Origin: Scyliorhinus canicula
Lineage: Eukaryota
Length of the DNA stretch: 64,000 bases
Direction: 5' to 3'
NCBI RefSeq assembly: GCF_902713615.1
Contig: NC_052152.1
Span: 167,832,712 to 167,896,711, forward strand
Positions 50,090 to 62,842 of this stretch are shown piece after piece. Every line of letters begins with the position of its first letter. Position 1 is the stretch's first letter. Position numbers and translations under genes: made by a program. Under the pieces are notes generated by a model that had not been told where the DNA came from, ran no database searches, and saw only the letters and a list, made by a program, of their open reading frames with translations.

Positions 50090-50729
50090 AAAATGAGTGA
50101 AAAAAACAAATTCATAAACTAATGGATCTACAAGTGATATCACTGAGAATGCTGGCATACTGCTTAAAATAGGATTATGACTTTGATCTTCCTCATCCGC
50201 TGTGTATTTAAGCACAGCACTGCTGTTTTAGTGAGGCACTAAGGAGAGTAATGATCACATAAGCAACACCACTACAGATGTTTGGGAGGATGTAATGTAT
50301 CCACTTGTCCTCTGAGTCACAGTTAGTGCATTTCTCAGGGAGAGCAGAAGGACCAATGTAAAAATAAAGGGGTTTAAGCATTCCCGACAACATTTGCAAT
50401 ATTTCCTCAAATGAATGTCCATTAAAAATCAGAGCTGTCAAACTGCAGCTGTAATTATTTTCCAAGTTGTCTGAACCCATGTAATCTTTTTAAGATTTTA
50501 TTCAACAATCGCAGAATTCTTAAGTATTTATTTGCATGAATTTGATCAGGATACTAAGTAACAAGAGTTTTGTTACAGAAAAAAATTAATCATCATGCAA
50601 TGTTTGAATAAATATTGTTACGTTTCCGAGAGAGTGTGCAAAATTTTATGGACAGGATTCCCTCGGGATCCCATCCACACTGACCTGGAAGCAATTTTAC
50701 GGTGAGGTGGAAGGGCCTCAGACTTCAGC

Positions 50730-53220
50730 AGACTAGAACAAACGATGGAGAAGTCCATCCATGTTCTGTCAGATGTGATTGCTCCAATATGCGAGCGCCT
50801 CAAGGTCATTATGGGAAGGTTGGCGACCACCATGGAGACCTTAATCCAGCAGGTCTCGCTGGAATGGTGCTCGGCACTGTACTCCACGGCCACACAATCT
50901 GGTGGGCATCAGGATATAGGCCATACGGGGATGAGGCACCTTGACCTCCCTCCAGTTACCCATCTCCTGCAGGAGTCAGGCTGGGGCTGTCAGACAACCA
51001 CAGGGAAGTTGAGCATCAGCCGGACACCTTGGCGGCCTTCTCTCAGGACACTCCAAGGTTGTCATAGTTCCCTCTGCCTATTCCCACACCCACTCCAATA
51101 GCCCAGGTCACTGAGGGTGCTTGTGTCCCTGAGCAGGTCACTCTTACCAAGTTGGTGCTCTCTAGGTCTCATGCCACCAGAGGATATCCACCAAGGCCAT
51201 CACAGGCGTCAGAATGTTCCAGTCAGCAGGCTCCCTCCACCTCTGCTCTGGATGTCGGGGCTGCATCCAGGCATAGTAGTAGGGTTAGAAAAGTTACGTT
51301 TTTATGTCACCTCTGGTTCACGCGTGTGCCATCACTGTAAAATTGCACTTTTAGGAATATATTTGATGGTTATATGAATGTTTTGGTCAGCTGAAGGAAT
51401 TATGAATTCCTAGAAGCCCCTTATGTTGAGGTTCAGTCATTCTCACTCAGTGATAGTGTCCTACTCTGAGATTAAAATTTGTGTGGGGTCAATTAGGGGC
51501 TGGTTTAGCACAGGGCTAAATCGCTGGCTTTTAAAGCAGACAAAGGCAGGTCAGCAGCACGGTTCAATTCCTGTACTGGCCTCCCCAAACAGGCTCCGGA
51601 ATGTGGCGACTAGGGGCTTTTCACAGTATCTTCATTTGAAGTCTACTTGTGACAATAAGCGATTTTCATTTTCATTTCATTTAATCTTAGATGAGCTAGT
51701 CTCCGTACCCTTGTGTATTGTCAGGGAGATGTGGTTAAATCTTTCTTTGAAATGTACGATGTAAATGTTTCAAACCCCTCTTCCTCAAGGAGCACCATTG
51801 AGTGACGGCCGCTCATTAGCACTTATTCTCTCGCAGCCTTTGTGTCTCCTCAGTGGTAGTGTCCGAACACAAGGCATGCATGGGAGGAGGAGGTCCCTAG
51901 GCATGTCCTCATCTCAGTCATGGCCAAATCCCCTTTTGTCGAGGTTTAACCATCTCCCACTCAGTGATACTGTCCTAGTGTGAGATTAACGTGATGTCAA
52001 CGTCAGATAAACTAATCTCTGCATTCTTGTGTGTTGTCACAGAGATGTGTTTAGATCTTTATTAGAAAAGTGCACAATAGAATCATTTATAATGCTTCCC
52101 CCTCATTCTGACCTTCAGCAACGCTCTGAACCTTTGGTCCTCCAGATCTTCAGCTTCCGATGAGCTCTCAGTTCCTCCGGTTCATCCATTGGCAAGGGCT
52201 CACTCTTTGCATAGCCAGACTGTGAAGGGAACAGCAGACTATGATCGTGAGGGAAACCCTATTGGGAGTTTATTGCAATAAGTCACCGAAAAGGTCCAAG
52301 TATCTGAAACGCATCTTCAGAAGCCCTATGGTTATTCTATGCCCCCCTCCAAAACCAGCACCTTCTGAGTGTCTGTGTGAACCACCTCTAAAGTGCTACA
52401 CTAACAAACACAACACCCCCCTCCCACCCGGTTAGCTCCCTACTCCTCAGTCTTCCCTCCGTGTTTCATTGTTCCTCATCTTCCTCCACCTCTGTGCTCT
52501 CTTTCCCTCCCCCCATACCTGCTTTTGCACAGCCTTCCTTCCCCATTGTCCCACTTCTCTTTGTCATTCCCATCCTCCCCTCACACCCCACCCCTGGTTG
52601 AAACTCTCATCTGTAACAGTGGAGGCCTGCATGGTACCATAGCACGATAGTGACCTCACAGGCAATGGTGTCAGCCACCAGGACCAGAAGATTCCTACAC
52701 TCCACAACCCCGGGGTCAGTACTGGTCAGTGTCTGAAAGTGGAGGCCTGCATGAGTACCTCAGCACAGTGGCGTCCTTGTGGGCAATATCAGAAAAGAGC
52801 AGGGGAAGACGAACCCTACAGCTCTAGTAGTGAGGTGTTCACTGCAGCAAGAGCAGCACTGCACCAATGGCAGGAAGGCTCTGTAAGATGCACTGCCTTT
52901 GATGTCATGAGCAAACTGAGGTCCGAGTGGAGAATGGCACACATTTTCAAATGGGTTTGAGACCGATATGATTTCTCTCTGGCGTGTCACAAGGTAGCAA
53001 GGCATGAGGATATTCTGGCAAGCAGCTGTTTTAATGAGCATTTGTGAGATTCAAATGAATGCAAATGGCATTCACGTCACTCGGCAGTGGGCTACCCGAC
53101 CTGCCATTAACCCACCATTAGCAGAATTGCAAACTCTTTTCATGTTAGCGGGTTGACTTTTATCCTGGTGTTTGATTCTCTACTCCCGCCTTCAATGAAA
53201 ACCTGCAACGTGTGGGATAA
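50730..53220 (+). mobile_element. Harbinger-derived large non-autonomous remnant
   Basis: Homology with 35700-37130, including the 3' subterminal region (tttaatgag...accttcacacc/attcacgtc...acctgccattaacc). Confidence 0.55.
51497..51681 (+). mobile_element. Short tRNA-derived SINE, full length
   Basis: GGGCTGGTTTAGCACAG A-box, GGTTCAATTCC B-box, (CATTT)n tail. Confidence 0.85.
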
Positions 53221-53789
53221 CCCTAACCTTCAAACCCAGACAAGTTGCTATTTTGCCTCTCCCAGCCACAGCAAGGCAACCAGCTTCCTGCCTCACTCCA
53301 TTTAAATCGTGGATGGAAAGGCTCACAGATGGCCCTCTCACCTCTCATCTGGAGACCAATCGACGTCCTTAAATGGCCACTTAAGGGCTTCATCATCACC
53401 GTTGTTGGTACGTGACTAGCGGTGTATGGATCGAGGCCGTGGCATAGGGGCATACCACCAGAAATAATCTGGCAAGTAGACAGGAGGTAAGCGTGGGGGT
53501 GTGGGGGAGGGGCAGGGGAGGCTCACTTTGCTAAATTTCACCAAGTGTTTCAGGTCATTGACCTTCCACCAGATAGGATCTGCTGAAAGGTCACTGACCT
53601 GAAACGTTAACTATCTTTGGCTCTCCATGGATGCTGCCTATCCTGCTGAGTATCTCTCACATTTTTGGTAATTATTTCAGGTTTCCAGTATCCACAATAT
53701 TTTACTTTGTGTTTGGGGTTCCATCTGCCCGCTCGGGTGGTTGTAAGATTCCCATAACACCATGGAGGTAGAACGGAGATTTGTGCTGG

Positions 53790-53995
53790 TATCGTGGCCA
53801 ACATTCAACTCTCAGATAACACCGCTGAAAGGATTATTTGATCCTTTACCTTAATTGCAGCTTGTGGATTCTTCCTGTGAGCATATGGGCTCCTGTGATC
53901 TGTGATAATGTGATTCAACATTAACTGTGTTACTAAAATCATTCATTGGCTGGGAAGTACTTTGGGATGTCCTGAGGACAAAATAAGGAACTACA
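53790..53995 (+). mobile_element. DeuSINE-like 3' remnant
   Basis: gattatttg...ttcattggctgggaagtactttgggatgtcctgagg tail, shared with 59380-60190 and 16800-16850 (minus). Confidence 0.5.
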
Positions 53996-55294
53996 AGCTC
54001 ACTTACTAACTAAACTGAAATCTATTTTCGTTCAAAATTGTACTTCAGGCAGAAATAATAAATAAAAAATAACGAGCATTAAAAGTGGAAAGAAAGAAAA
54101 TTGAATCAAGAAATCTTTGTGGAACTATTCTTTAAGCTTACTAATAGAACTAATAGAACTTTTAATACATTACTAATATATTCAAATGTGTATATTTAGT
54201 AGTCAAGTAGGAGTCCGGAAAGGAGATTCAAACAGTGGTTTATTTTCAAAAGGGAAGGGTTTACATACAACAGTCCAACTCCCAGCCAGGATTACTCTGC
54301 AGCTCAACTCCTACTTCGGCCGACTTTTATAGCAATGAATTAACAAGCCCACTGATGGGTCAATGCCTGTCAGTGGGGAGGTCGTACTCCACAAGGATCC
54401 CAGGAAGATTAATCGGATCATAACTGTGGGTCTCGTGGGGTTGACAGTTATGCTTCGCTTGTGCTGCATGACCGCTCATCTTAACTCCATAAAAATACTG
54501 CCTTTGGGAATCTATTTCTCCCCCACTGCTCATGCCCTGGATGGCTTTGGAGAGAGACAATGCACCCCCACTAACTTCAGAGTTGTTTCAAATAGAAGTC
54601 CAATTTCTACCCTCACTTTCCTTCAATACATGATACCAATCACCAATCATCTCCCACGGCTGAATAACTCTGAAGTGCTCTAACAGCAATGTTTCTAAAC
54701 ATTAAACTTTGATTGACAGCTCATGGATCACTTCAGACAGAATCAAGTGCTTTCCAATCACGTCCCTTTCACGGGTGAATGATTTTGAAGTGGTCAGCGA
54801 GAAATTGACAACACCTACCTCTGTTTGAAGTGGTCCAGGAGTTGTCAATCAAAGCTTGAAACAGAATCTGAACATGCCCCTGTCTCTGATCTCTGTTTCA
54901 AAGTATTGCTCTCCAGATTTCCCAAGGGTAGAACCTCTTGAGAAGTTTCTTAAAATTCATTTTGTGCAGTAAATAACTGATCAGCATGACGTCGCCAAAC
55001 TCTTTCATCATCCATCTGTGCAGTGTATGATATTGGATCTGTCTTTGCTAAGATTATAACTGGTACTCATTTCCTGTTGGTAATGTAGCTCATAACTAAC
55101 ACTCTTTCTCCATGGTTAAGTACTCGCTCTTTACAGTTTTTCCCCCTTTTAGCAATTTGTGCTGGCTTTTGTCATTTGACAATCTCTGAAATAGCAGATG
55201 GAGTTAACAAATTATACTGTGCTTGTAGTTTCCTCTTAAACAACAGCATTGCTGGTGGTCTTTGTGTGATAGCTTGTACAGTGTTTTGATATGT

Positions 55295-55552
55295 CATAGG
55301 ATCCCTACAATGCAGAAGGAAGCTATTTGGCCCATCAAGTCTGCACTGACCCTCTGAAAGAGCACCCTACCTAGGCCCACACTCCTGTCCTATCCCAATA
55401 ACCCAGTAACCACACCCAATCCTTTGGATACTAAGGGGCAATTTTGCATGGTCAATCCACCTTGCCTGCACATCTTTTGGACTGTGGGAGGAAATCAGAG
55501 CACCCGGACGAAACCCACGCAGATGCACGGAGAAAGTGCGTACTTCACACAG
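55295..55552 (-). mobile_element. HE1 V-SINE (5' truncated) inserted in the Gypsy integrase
   Basis: Tail and V-domain match the other HE1 copies. Confidence 0.85.
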
Positions 55553-56056
55553 ATAAGATATTAGTAATTAGTTTTCGCTTCTTGATAATGTCCCCTGCTG
55601 CTTCGATACTTTGATTAAAAAGTTCGGCCAATCCATTTATTGATGGATGATAAGGAGCTGACTTGACATTGTGTATAGCACTCCTTTCAACTAGTCCTCA
55701 ATCTCCTTTAAAGTAAACTGTGTACAATTGTCACTACAATCTTCTCCGGTGTTACAAACATTGCAAATATTTTGTCTAGTTTCTCAATGGTCTGCTCAGT
55801 CACCACTGACTGCATCATCGCAACTTCTGGCCTTTTCAAGTGTGCATTTAAAATCACAAAGAACATGTGACCTTCCAATGGACCAGCATAATCAATGTGT
55901 ATTATCTTCCATGGCTGAGACGGTCATTCACACTGATGTAATGGTTGTAATGGTGGAGTGTTCCTTAGTTTTGCACAAGCTTGGCATTGCCCAACTTTCT
56001 CTTCAATTTGAGCATATAATCCAAAAATAACTGCATGCCAATTTCTTCATCCATAC

Positions 56057-56442
56057 TGTTTTATTACTTGCTGTAATATATGTTACTCATTTGCTTCTTA
56101 CCAAGATACTCTTAAATTCAATGTTGATTAACACTCATAGTCTTCCAATGAAAGCAAATGATTGAGTAACTTAAACAAATAAAATGTGAGTTCATTCTCT
56201 CTCCAATACTTTTACTAGATATTAAATAAACAAGATTGTATAAGAATAATAACGATTAACTACACACACTCTGAACTAACTCTCTCTATCTCTGGCCACT
56301 AGTCACAATACACACGAAGAGGTGGGAACCCGGATTGAGTCTGTCTTATATATCCCTTTTTAGTGCTGCCATCTAGTGATCACTTAGCTGTTATGACTAT
56401 ACATTAACCCATTGTGTAGAGACAGAAATGCAGACCACTACA
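56057..56442 (-). mobile_element. Solo LTR inserted in the Gypsy integrase zinc-binding region
   Basis: TGT...ACA ends; perfect TSD catac (56052-56056, 56443-56447). Confidence 0.85.
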
Positions 56443-58429
56443 CATACCACAACATGATGTCCCTCATGCAGTTGGTCAAGGACTGCACTACATAAGCATG
56501 GATGAAAAATCACGTGGATTCCCCACAATAGAACTCCATTCTGTCCAGTCAGCTCAAGTCTTCATGTGATGCAGGGTTTGAGGTCTGGATTTTTCCAATG
56601 AATATCTGACAGTGTTCATTTTGGAACAATTTCTTCACCTTCCCCATCACTGGATCTGTTCTTGTATATCTTTCAACTTGAGATGAATTCACAGGTACAG
56701 TATCCATGAGTGAAAAGTACAAAAGATTGACAAAACATCTTCTCTGGGTCAGGCTTGACTTATTCAGGCAATCGTGATAAAGCATCAGAATTTGCATATT
56801 GCTCTGACTTGCAATATTGGATATCGTTAAGTATGTGCCGACAATATCAATTACCATATTTGCAATCAACCAGCTGCCAATGAAGGTATTCCTTTTAATG
56901 GCCCAATGATTGTAGTGCAGGATCAATTATCCGTCAAAATGATGCCCATAAGGCATTTTAACATTTTTACACCGAAAAATGCTCCGAGCTTCTTTTTCTA
57001 GCTGAGCGTAATTAATTTCTGCACTAGCAAGAGTGCGTGAAGCAAATGCTATCGGTCATTTCTCTCCTGAAGGCATAATGTGTGAAACGACAGCACCAAC
57101 CCCATAGCTTGAGGCATCACAAGCAGCTTGCAACTTCATCTTGGAATTATAATGAACCAACAGCTCTGACCTCTGTGAACCTTACTTCATTTCATTGTAT
57201 GCACTTTCATATTATTCTGCCCAGTGCTATGCCTGTTTGACACATAGCAAAGTGTGTAAAGGCATCAATTATGTTTCTAAATTCAGCACAGATTCACCAT
57301 AATAATTGATAATTCCCAAAAACAACCTTAGTCGTGTAAAATTTTGAGGTGCTTGTAAAACTGCTGACATTTTTTTTGGCACTATGTAAACCATCTTTGT
57401 CGATGATGTGACCAAGGTAATTTATGGATGACTTGAAAAAGTCACACTTTTCCTTTCTCTGGTTGTGGCTCAGTTTCCGCTTCGAGGTAGCGTCCAAATT
57501 GTCCAAATGTTCCTGTTCACTTGAACCGATGATGAGTGCGCATCTAAGTAACATTGCACTCCATTCAACCCACTTAGACTATGATCCATGGGCCTTTGAA
57601 AAAGAACAGATGCAGCTGTTATTCTAAAAGGAAGTCTTCTTCCAGTAAACATGGCTTTAATCAGTGGCAGTGGATAACGATCTGCACACAAAACTGGGTT
57701 AATACTAGTTTTAAGTCATCTCAAATTCTTACTGTACCGTCGTATTTTAATCCAGGAACGGTTGGTGTTGCCCTGTCATTTGTAGTAAGAGGTCCAATGA
57801 CTCCTGTTCGTACTAATCTTTCTAGTTCTCCTTCCACTTTAGGCCTGATGGAGTATGTTGCAGTTATAGCTTTGAGACAGTTGGGTGTGCTGTCTGGCTT
57901 GATTTTTTTAGGTGTACCTCAACTGCAGATGTAAAGCCGAGTGAATCTTTGAATACCTTCCCATACTTCTTCAGGAATTGTTGCAAGTTGCTCTTTGAAT
58001 CTACTAATTGATTGACTGTTTCCCAGTTAAGTACAATCTTAACCAACCATGCTCTGCCAAATAGAGCAGGAAAGGTTCCACGGACAACCTGAAGAGGCAA
58101 CATTGTCATCTGTCTAATTGCTTCTACTTTCATCATCATGCATCCTTTTAATGGTACACCCTCTTCAGTGTGCATCCTTGGGATCACATTTGACAGTTTT
58201 AAAGGCAGATGCTTCAGTTTTTGATGATAAATTGTTTCAGGTATTCGCAATACTGCTGTGCCCATATCCACTTCCATTTTAATTTCATAACCTTCAAGTT
58301 TGGATATGCCCAAAATGTTGTTGATTGCCCTGTATTGACAAAATATCTAGCTTTAACTCTTACTGCAGCAGAGAGTTTGCATGGACTTTGGACAGATCAC
58401 CATCTTGATTGCTTCCCTTATTTGAGAAG

Positions 58430-58952
58430 AGAATGTAATTGCATTAGAGGCAGTTCAGAGGAGGTTCATTAAATTGATTCCAGAGCTGAGGGGTTTGTGT
58501 TGTAAAGAGAAGTTGAGCAGTTTAGGCCTATACACTTGCGTTTTGAAGACTGAGGGGAGATCTAATTGAGGTATATAAGGTGATAAAAGGTATTGACAAA
58601 GTAGATGTGGAGCAAATGTTTCCACTTGTGGGGAAATTTAGAACGAGAGGTCATTGTTTTAGGATAAGGGGTAGAAGATTTAAAACAGAGATGAGGAGAA
58701 ATTACTTCTCTCAAAGGGTCGTGAATCTATGGAATTCACGGCCCCAAAGTGTGGTGGGTGCGAGGCCATTGAGTAAATTTAAGGAGAAGATAGGCAGAGT
58801 TTTAATTAGTAACAGGTTGAAGGGTTATGGAGATTTGGGAAGGAAAGTGGAATTGAGGCCGAGATTAGATCAACCATGATTGTATTGAATGGAAGAACAG
58901 GCTAGTGGGGCTGAATTGCCTAATCCTGCTCCTGGTTCTTCTGTTCTTATGT
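58430..58952 (+). mobile_element. CR1 (HER1-like) LINE 3' end
   Basis: ALEAVQRRF..LIP, RLRGDLIEVYK.IKG.DKVD...TRGH.FRIRG.RFKTEMRRNYFSQRVVNLWNS; (TTCTTATG)-like tail. Confidence 0.9.
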
Positions 58953-59475
58953 TTTACAGGGAAGGGAGATGTGGGTAGACAAAGTGTGCAGAGATTAACA
59001 TATCAGTAATTGATGTCATGGGAGTGATGTGGCCACATAAGATAATAAGTTCAAGGGGGTGTCCATGGATATGGGTTGGATATTTATATGGATGGAAAGA
59101 TTACGCTGGGATAAGAGGGCTTTGAGGAGAGAAAGTATGATAATTTGAGATGAAGATTAAATTCACTGAGGTGAAAACGTATTCATCGCAGAGGCTGAGG
59201 AAGGAAAGCAGTGAAGATATCTCAGTGAAACAAAATGTCATTGTCCTTAGTGATCAGTAAAGAATGAGAATTTTAAAGAAAGATGAGGGAGTGGAACTAG
59301 TTCAGATGCTCGAGGTGGAAATCTTAAGTGGAGGCCCTTCGCCCCAATCAACATGAGAAAAAAAAACAGATTATCGGGTCATTGTTGTGCATATTTGATG
59401 AATTTCTGTATTTCCCACATAAAAACAAATACTACGCTTCAGAAAACTACTTAATTCACTGTAAGATGACTTGAG

Positions 59476-60141
59476 GGGCGAAATTCTCCAACCCCCCCCC
59501 CCCCCCCCCCCCCCCCCCCGCCGCAGGGACGGAGAATCGGCCGAGGTCGGCGAAAATCCCGCCCCCGCCGTGGCAGAAATTCTCTGTCACCCGGGAATTG
59601 GCGGAGGCAGGAATCGCGCCCCGCCGATCGGCGAGCCCCCTGCGGCGATTCTCCAGCCCGCGATGGGCCGATGTCCCGCCGCTGAGAGGCCTCTCCCGCC
59701 GCTGTGGTTTCAACTAACTCTGGTGACGGCGGGATTGGCGGCATGAGCGGGCCCCCGGGGCCGTGGGGGGGGGCGCGTAGGGTGATCAGACCCCGGGCGG
59801 GTGCCCCCACGGTGGCCAGGCCCGCGATCGGGGCCCACCAATCAGCGGGCGGGCCAGTGCCATCTTTTTCTTTCGCCGCCGTCACGGCCTCCACCATGGT
59901 GGAGGCGGAAGAGAATCCCCCAGCGGGCATGCGCCGGTGGTGACGTTAGCGGCAGCTGACGCACCAGTGAATGCGCGAACCGGTGAAGGCCTTTCGGCCA
60001 GCCCCGGCGCCGGGCGGCGGGCATCAAAGGCCATTGGCGCCAGAGTATTCCGCACCTTTGGGGAGGCCCGATGCCGGATTGGTTGGCGCCACTCCACTAC
60101 GCCGGGACCCCCACCCCGCCGGGTAGGGGAGAATCCCAGCC
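59476..60141 (-). mobile_element. Harbinger-type MITE, same family as 42644-43363
   Basis: TIRs GGGCGAAATTCTCC / GGAGAATCCCAGCC; TSD gag/gag; inserted in a DeuSINE-like tail. Confidence 0.88.
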
Positions 60142-60208
60142 GAGATGTCTGATGGCCATGAAAGATGCTATCTAAATGCAAATTATTTTTTATTTCAACA
60201 CAGAACAT

Positions 60209-60555
60209 GGCAGAATGGTAGCACAGTGGTTAGCAGAGTTGCTTCACAGCTCCAGGGTCCCAGGTTCGATTCCTGGCTTGGGTCACTGTCAGTGAGGCGT
60301 CTGCACGTTCACCCCGTGTCTGCATGGGTTTCCTCCGGGTGCTCCGGTTTCCTCACACAGTCCAAAGATATGCAGGTTAGGTGGATTGGCCATGCTAAAT
60401 TGCCCTTCAGGTCCAACAAAGTTGGGTGGGGTTACTGGGTTATGGGGTTACAGGGGCGGAGTGGACGCACAGTCTTAAGTGGGGTGCTCTTTCCAAGGCT
60501 TGGTGCAGACTCAATGGACTGAATGGCCTCCTTCTGCAGTGGTAAATTCTATGAT
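60209..60555 (+). mobile_element. HE1 V-SINE, full length
   Basis: Head, V-domain and HER1-type tail. Confidence 0.9.
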
Positions 60556-61477
60556 TCTACTAAATCCATTTTTGGAATTAGGGGCATGTTTAATATACAT
60601 ACTAAATAGATTGCTAATTTTATGTTTATCACAAATACAAATCAACAAAGCAGTGATAAGGTGATGTCAAATTAGATTTTTAACAGCTTTAAGTTGGTAG
60701 AAAATAAAATTAAGAGTTATATTTGAAACCCACCAGAAAGAAAGCAATTCATAGCAGTAGAACAGAATGATATCAAGAAAATAATTTGTCCTTGTATACT
60801 CCTGATAGACAAAAGTCTCCAACTTTTGAAAATACTCAATAATAACTGCATTACAAATATTCAGTCATCATTGTAGAAATGATGGCATCAATGAGAATGA
60901 GTGCAAAAGCCACTTTCACCTTGGTAGAAATGAGGATTGTGGTGTAAGGTGCAAAGACACATAAAATAGGAACATTGCAATTCAGCATTATAATGCACCA
61001 AGGACAGATGGATAGTGTTGCAAATTACTGCACTAACATCAAGAAAATAGAATTACAATGCATAGCACTTCAGCCCATGACAGACAATAAGGTATTTTTA
61101 TGAAAGCTGTAATGCTGTATATACTTGTCTTTGATCCAGTTATGCCTTTTTTTTTTACTTGCTGTTATTCAACACTTCTGCATCTTTATCTCACTTTCTC
61201 TTTATCTGAAGCCTTTCATTTTTCTTTTACTTTGTATTTCTTGTTTTCATAATGCCAAATTTTATTGAAAAAAATAATGGCGTGCGAACAATCCACATCG
61301 TTATTAATTTGCAAATTGATCAACAACTTGGAGCAAGAACGGGGTGTCCCATGAATTGTGAGGCACCGGATGAATTAGTGTGTCACTCCAGCTAATTTCA
61401 CAAAAACATCTTTCACTTGATCTCCTCATGAGATTCATGAAGTTGTTGTATTTGTGCATTAATTGCTGACAAATCAT

Positions 61478-62023
61478 GGCCGGGATTCTCCAGTAATGGC
61501 GCTACGTTCCCATGTCCGTGAAATAAACGCACGCAAATCACCCTGGACTTACCTGGAGAACATCCAGGGCGATTCTCCAATTTTCAGGGGGCTAGCAGGG
61601 CCCCTAAGTAGTCCTCACAGCTCAGGCTGCCGATATGGGGCCCTGCACTTCCGATTGGGGGTCCACGCGACATGGCCGACATACACAAAGCAGACCGGCA
61701 CCGAAAGCATAGGCCCGCCCCAGATCATGCGCGCCCGCAATCGGTGGCCCTCAATCGGTTGTCTGGCCATCCTGGAGGCCCCCTCCCCCCGTGAATGATC
61801 TCCCCGCCTGCAGGGGAGTCTGCCGCCGCCATGCCGAGTTCCCGACGGGTGGAACCATGAGAGAACCATGTCGTTGGTAACTCGGCCAGCTGCACTCGGT
61901 GAATCGCCCTCCAGGGACCAGAGAATCGCAGGCGCAGCGTCGGACCCGATCTCGGGTTTGACGTCCGTTCTCCGCCCCTGTGCTGAACGCGATTTCAGCG
62001 CGGAGGCTCAGAGAATCACGCTC
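61478..62023. mobile_element. Harbinger-type MITE
   Basis: GGCCGGGATTCTCC / AGAGAATCACGCTC; TSD cat/cat. Confidence 0.8.
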
Positions 62024-62842
62024 CATGTTTCAGTAAGTTAAGTCTAGTAATTAATATCTTAAGTACTCTTTTAGCAATGGGATAATTGTTCATGACTGTC
62101 AATCAACCACTCTAGTCCACGAATTGAAAATGTGGAAGACTTATTACTTCACTAGTGAATTACGGTTGGAGGTTTAATAATGTCAGGCTTAAAAAAAAAC
62201 TTATTTTGCATCTCTCACACAGGGACATAGGAATTAGGAACAGAAGTAGGCAATTTAGACTTTCAAGCCTGCTCCAACATTCTTGTAATTATTTAATGAT
62301 TCAGACTCCACCACACTATGGGACAGCGAGTTTGACAAATTCGCTGTCCTCTGCGAGAAGTGGAGGACTTGAGAATCCTCATCTCAGTTTTAAATCTACC
62401 GCATCTCAACTTATATCTGTTTCATCTTTCTTCTTTCACTTTATTCCTATTTCTGTACTTGATTCAACATTGAGCTCATCCATGCTAATTCACCCTCCTT
62501 CTCTGTCCATTCTCTGTTTATTTCTCAATCCTTAAATCTCATTCATGAGAAGGTACATTGTTTGTCCTGTCATTCACCAAAATCTCAGTACTCTGTTGTC
62601 CTCGTCACACCAATATCAGTTTCCATTTCAAACAATTTACAGGGTAAAACAATAATGAACTGACATATGGAGGAACAAGATTGTTACATACTGCCTGTGA
62701 AGTCATTAAAATTATACTTGATGAGAAGGATTGTTTTATTAGGGTTTTAAAGTTCTCATTGTTAAACTGATTGGAATCTGACATACCATATAATTCATAA
62801 GACAATTGAAAAGTTAATAAAGTAGGTGTGAATGATTTATTC

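Larger units (their letters stand above)
54740..58430 (-). pseudogene. Gypsy pol remnant (PR-RT-RNaseH-IN)
   Basis: Minus strand: KMEVDMG (protease), DRYPLPLI and QCYLD (RT), LACDASSYGVGAVVSH and IAFASRTL..AEINYAQLEKE (RNase H), HEGH...MKKLA.SYFW and APYHPS.NGLAE (integrase). Many frameshifts. Confidence 0.9.

Noticed and set aside
50208-50480. 90-aa minus-strand ORF as an exon
   Set aside because: No convincing donor site or recognisable homology.
54230-54630. Possible 3' LTR of the Gypsy pol remnant
   Set aside because: TATA-like and AATAAA motifs are present on the minus strand, but I could not define the termini, PPT or partner LTR.
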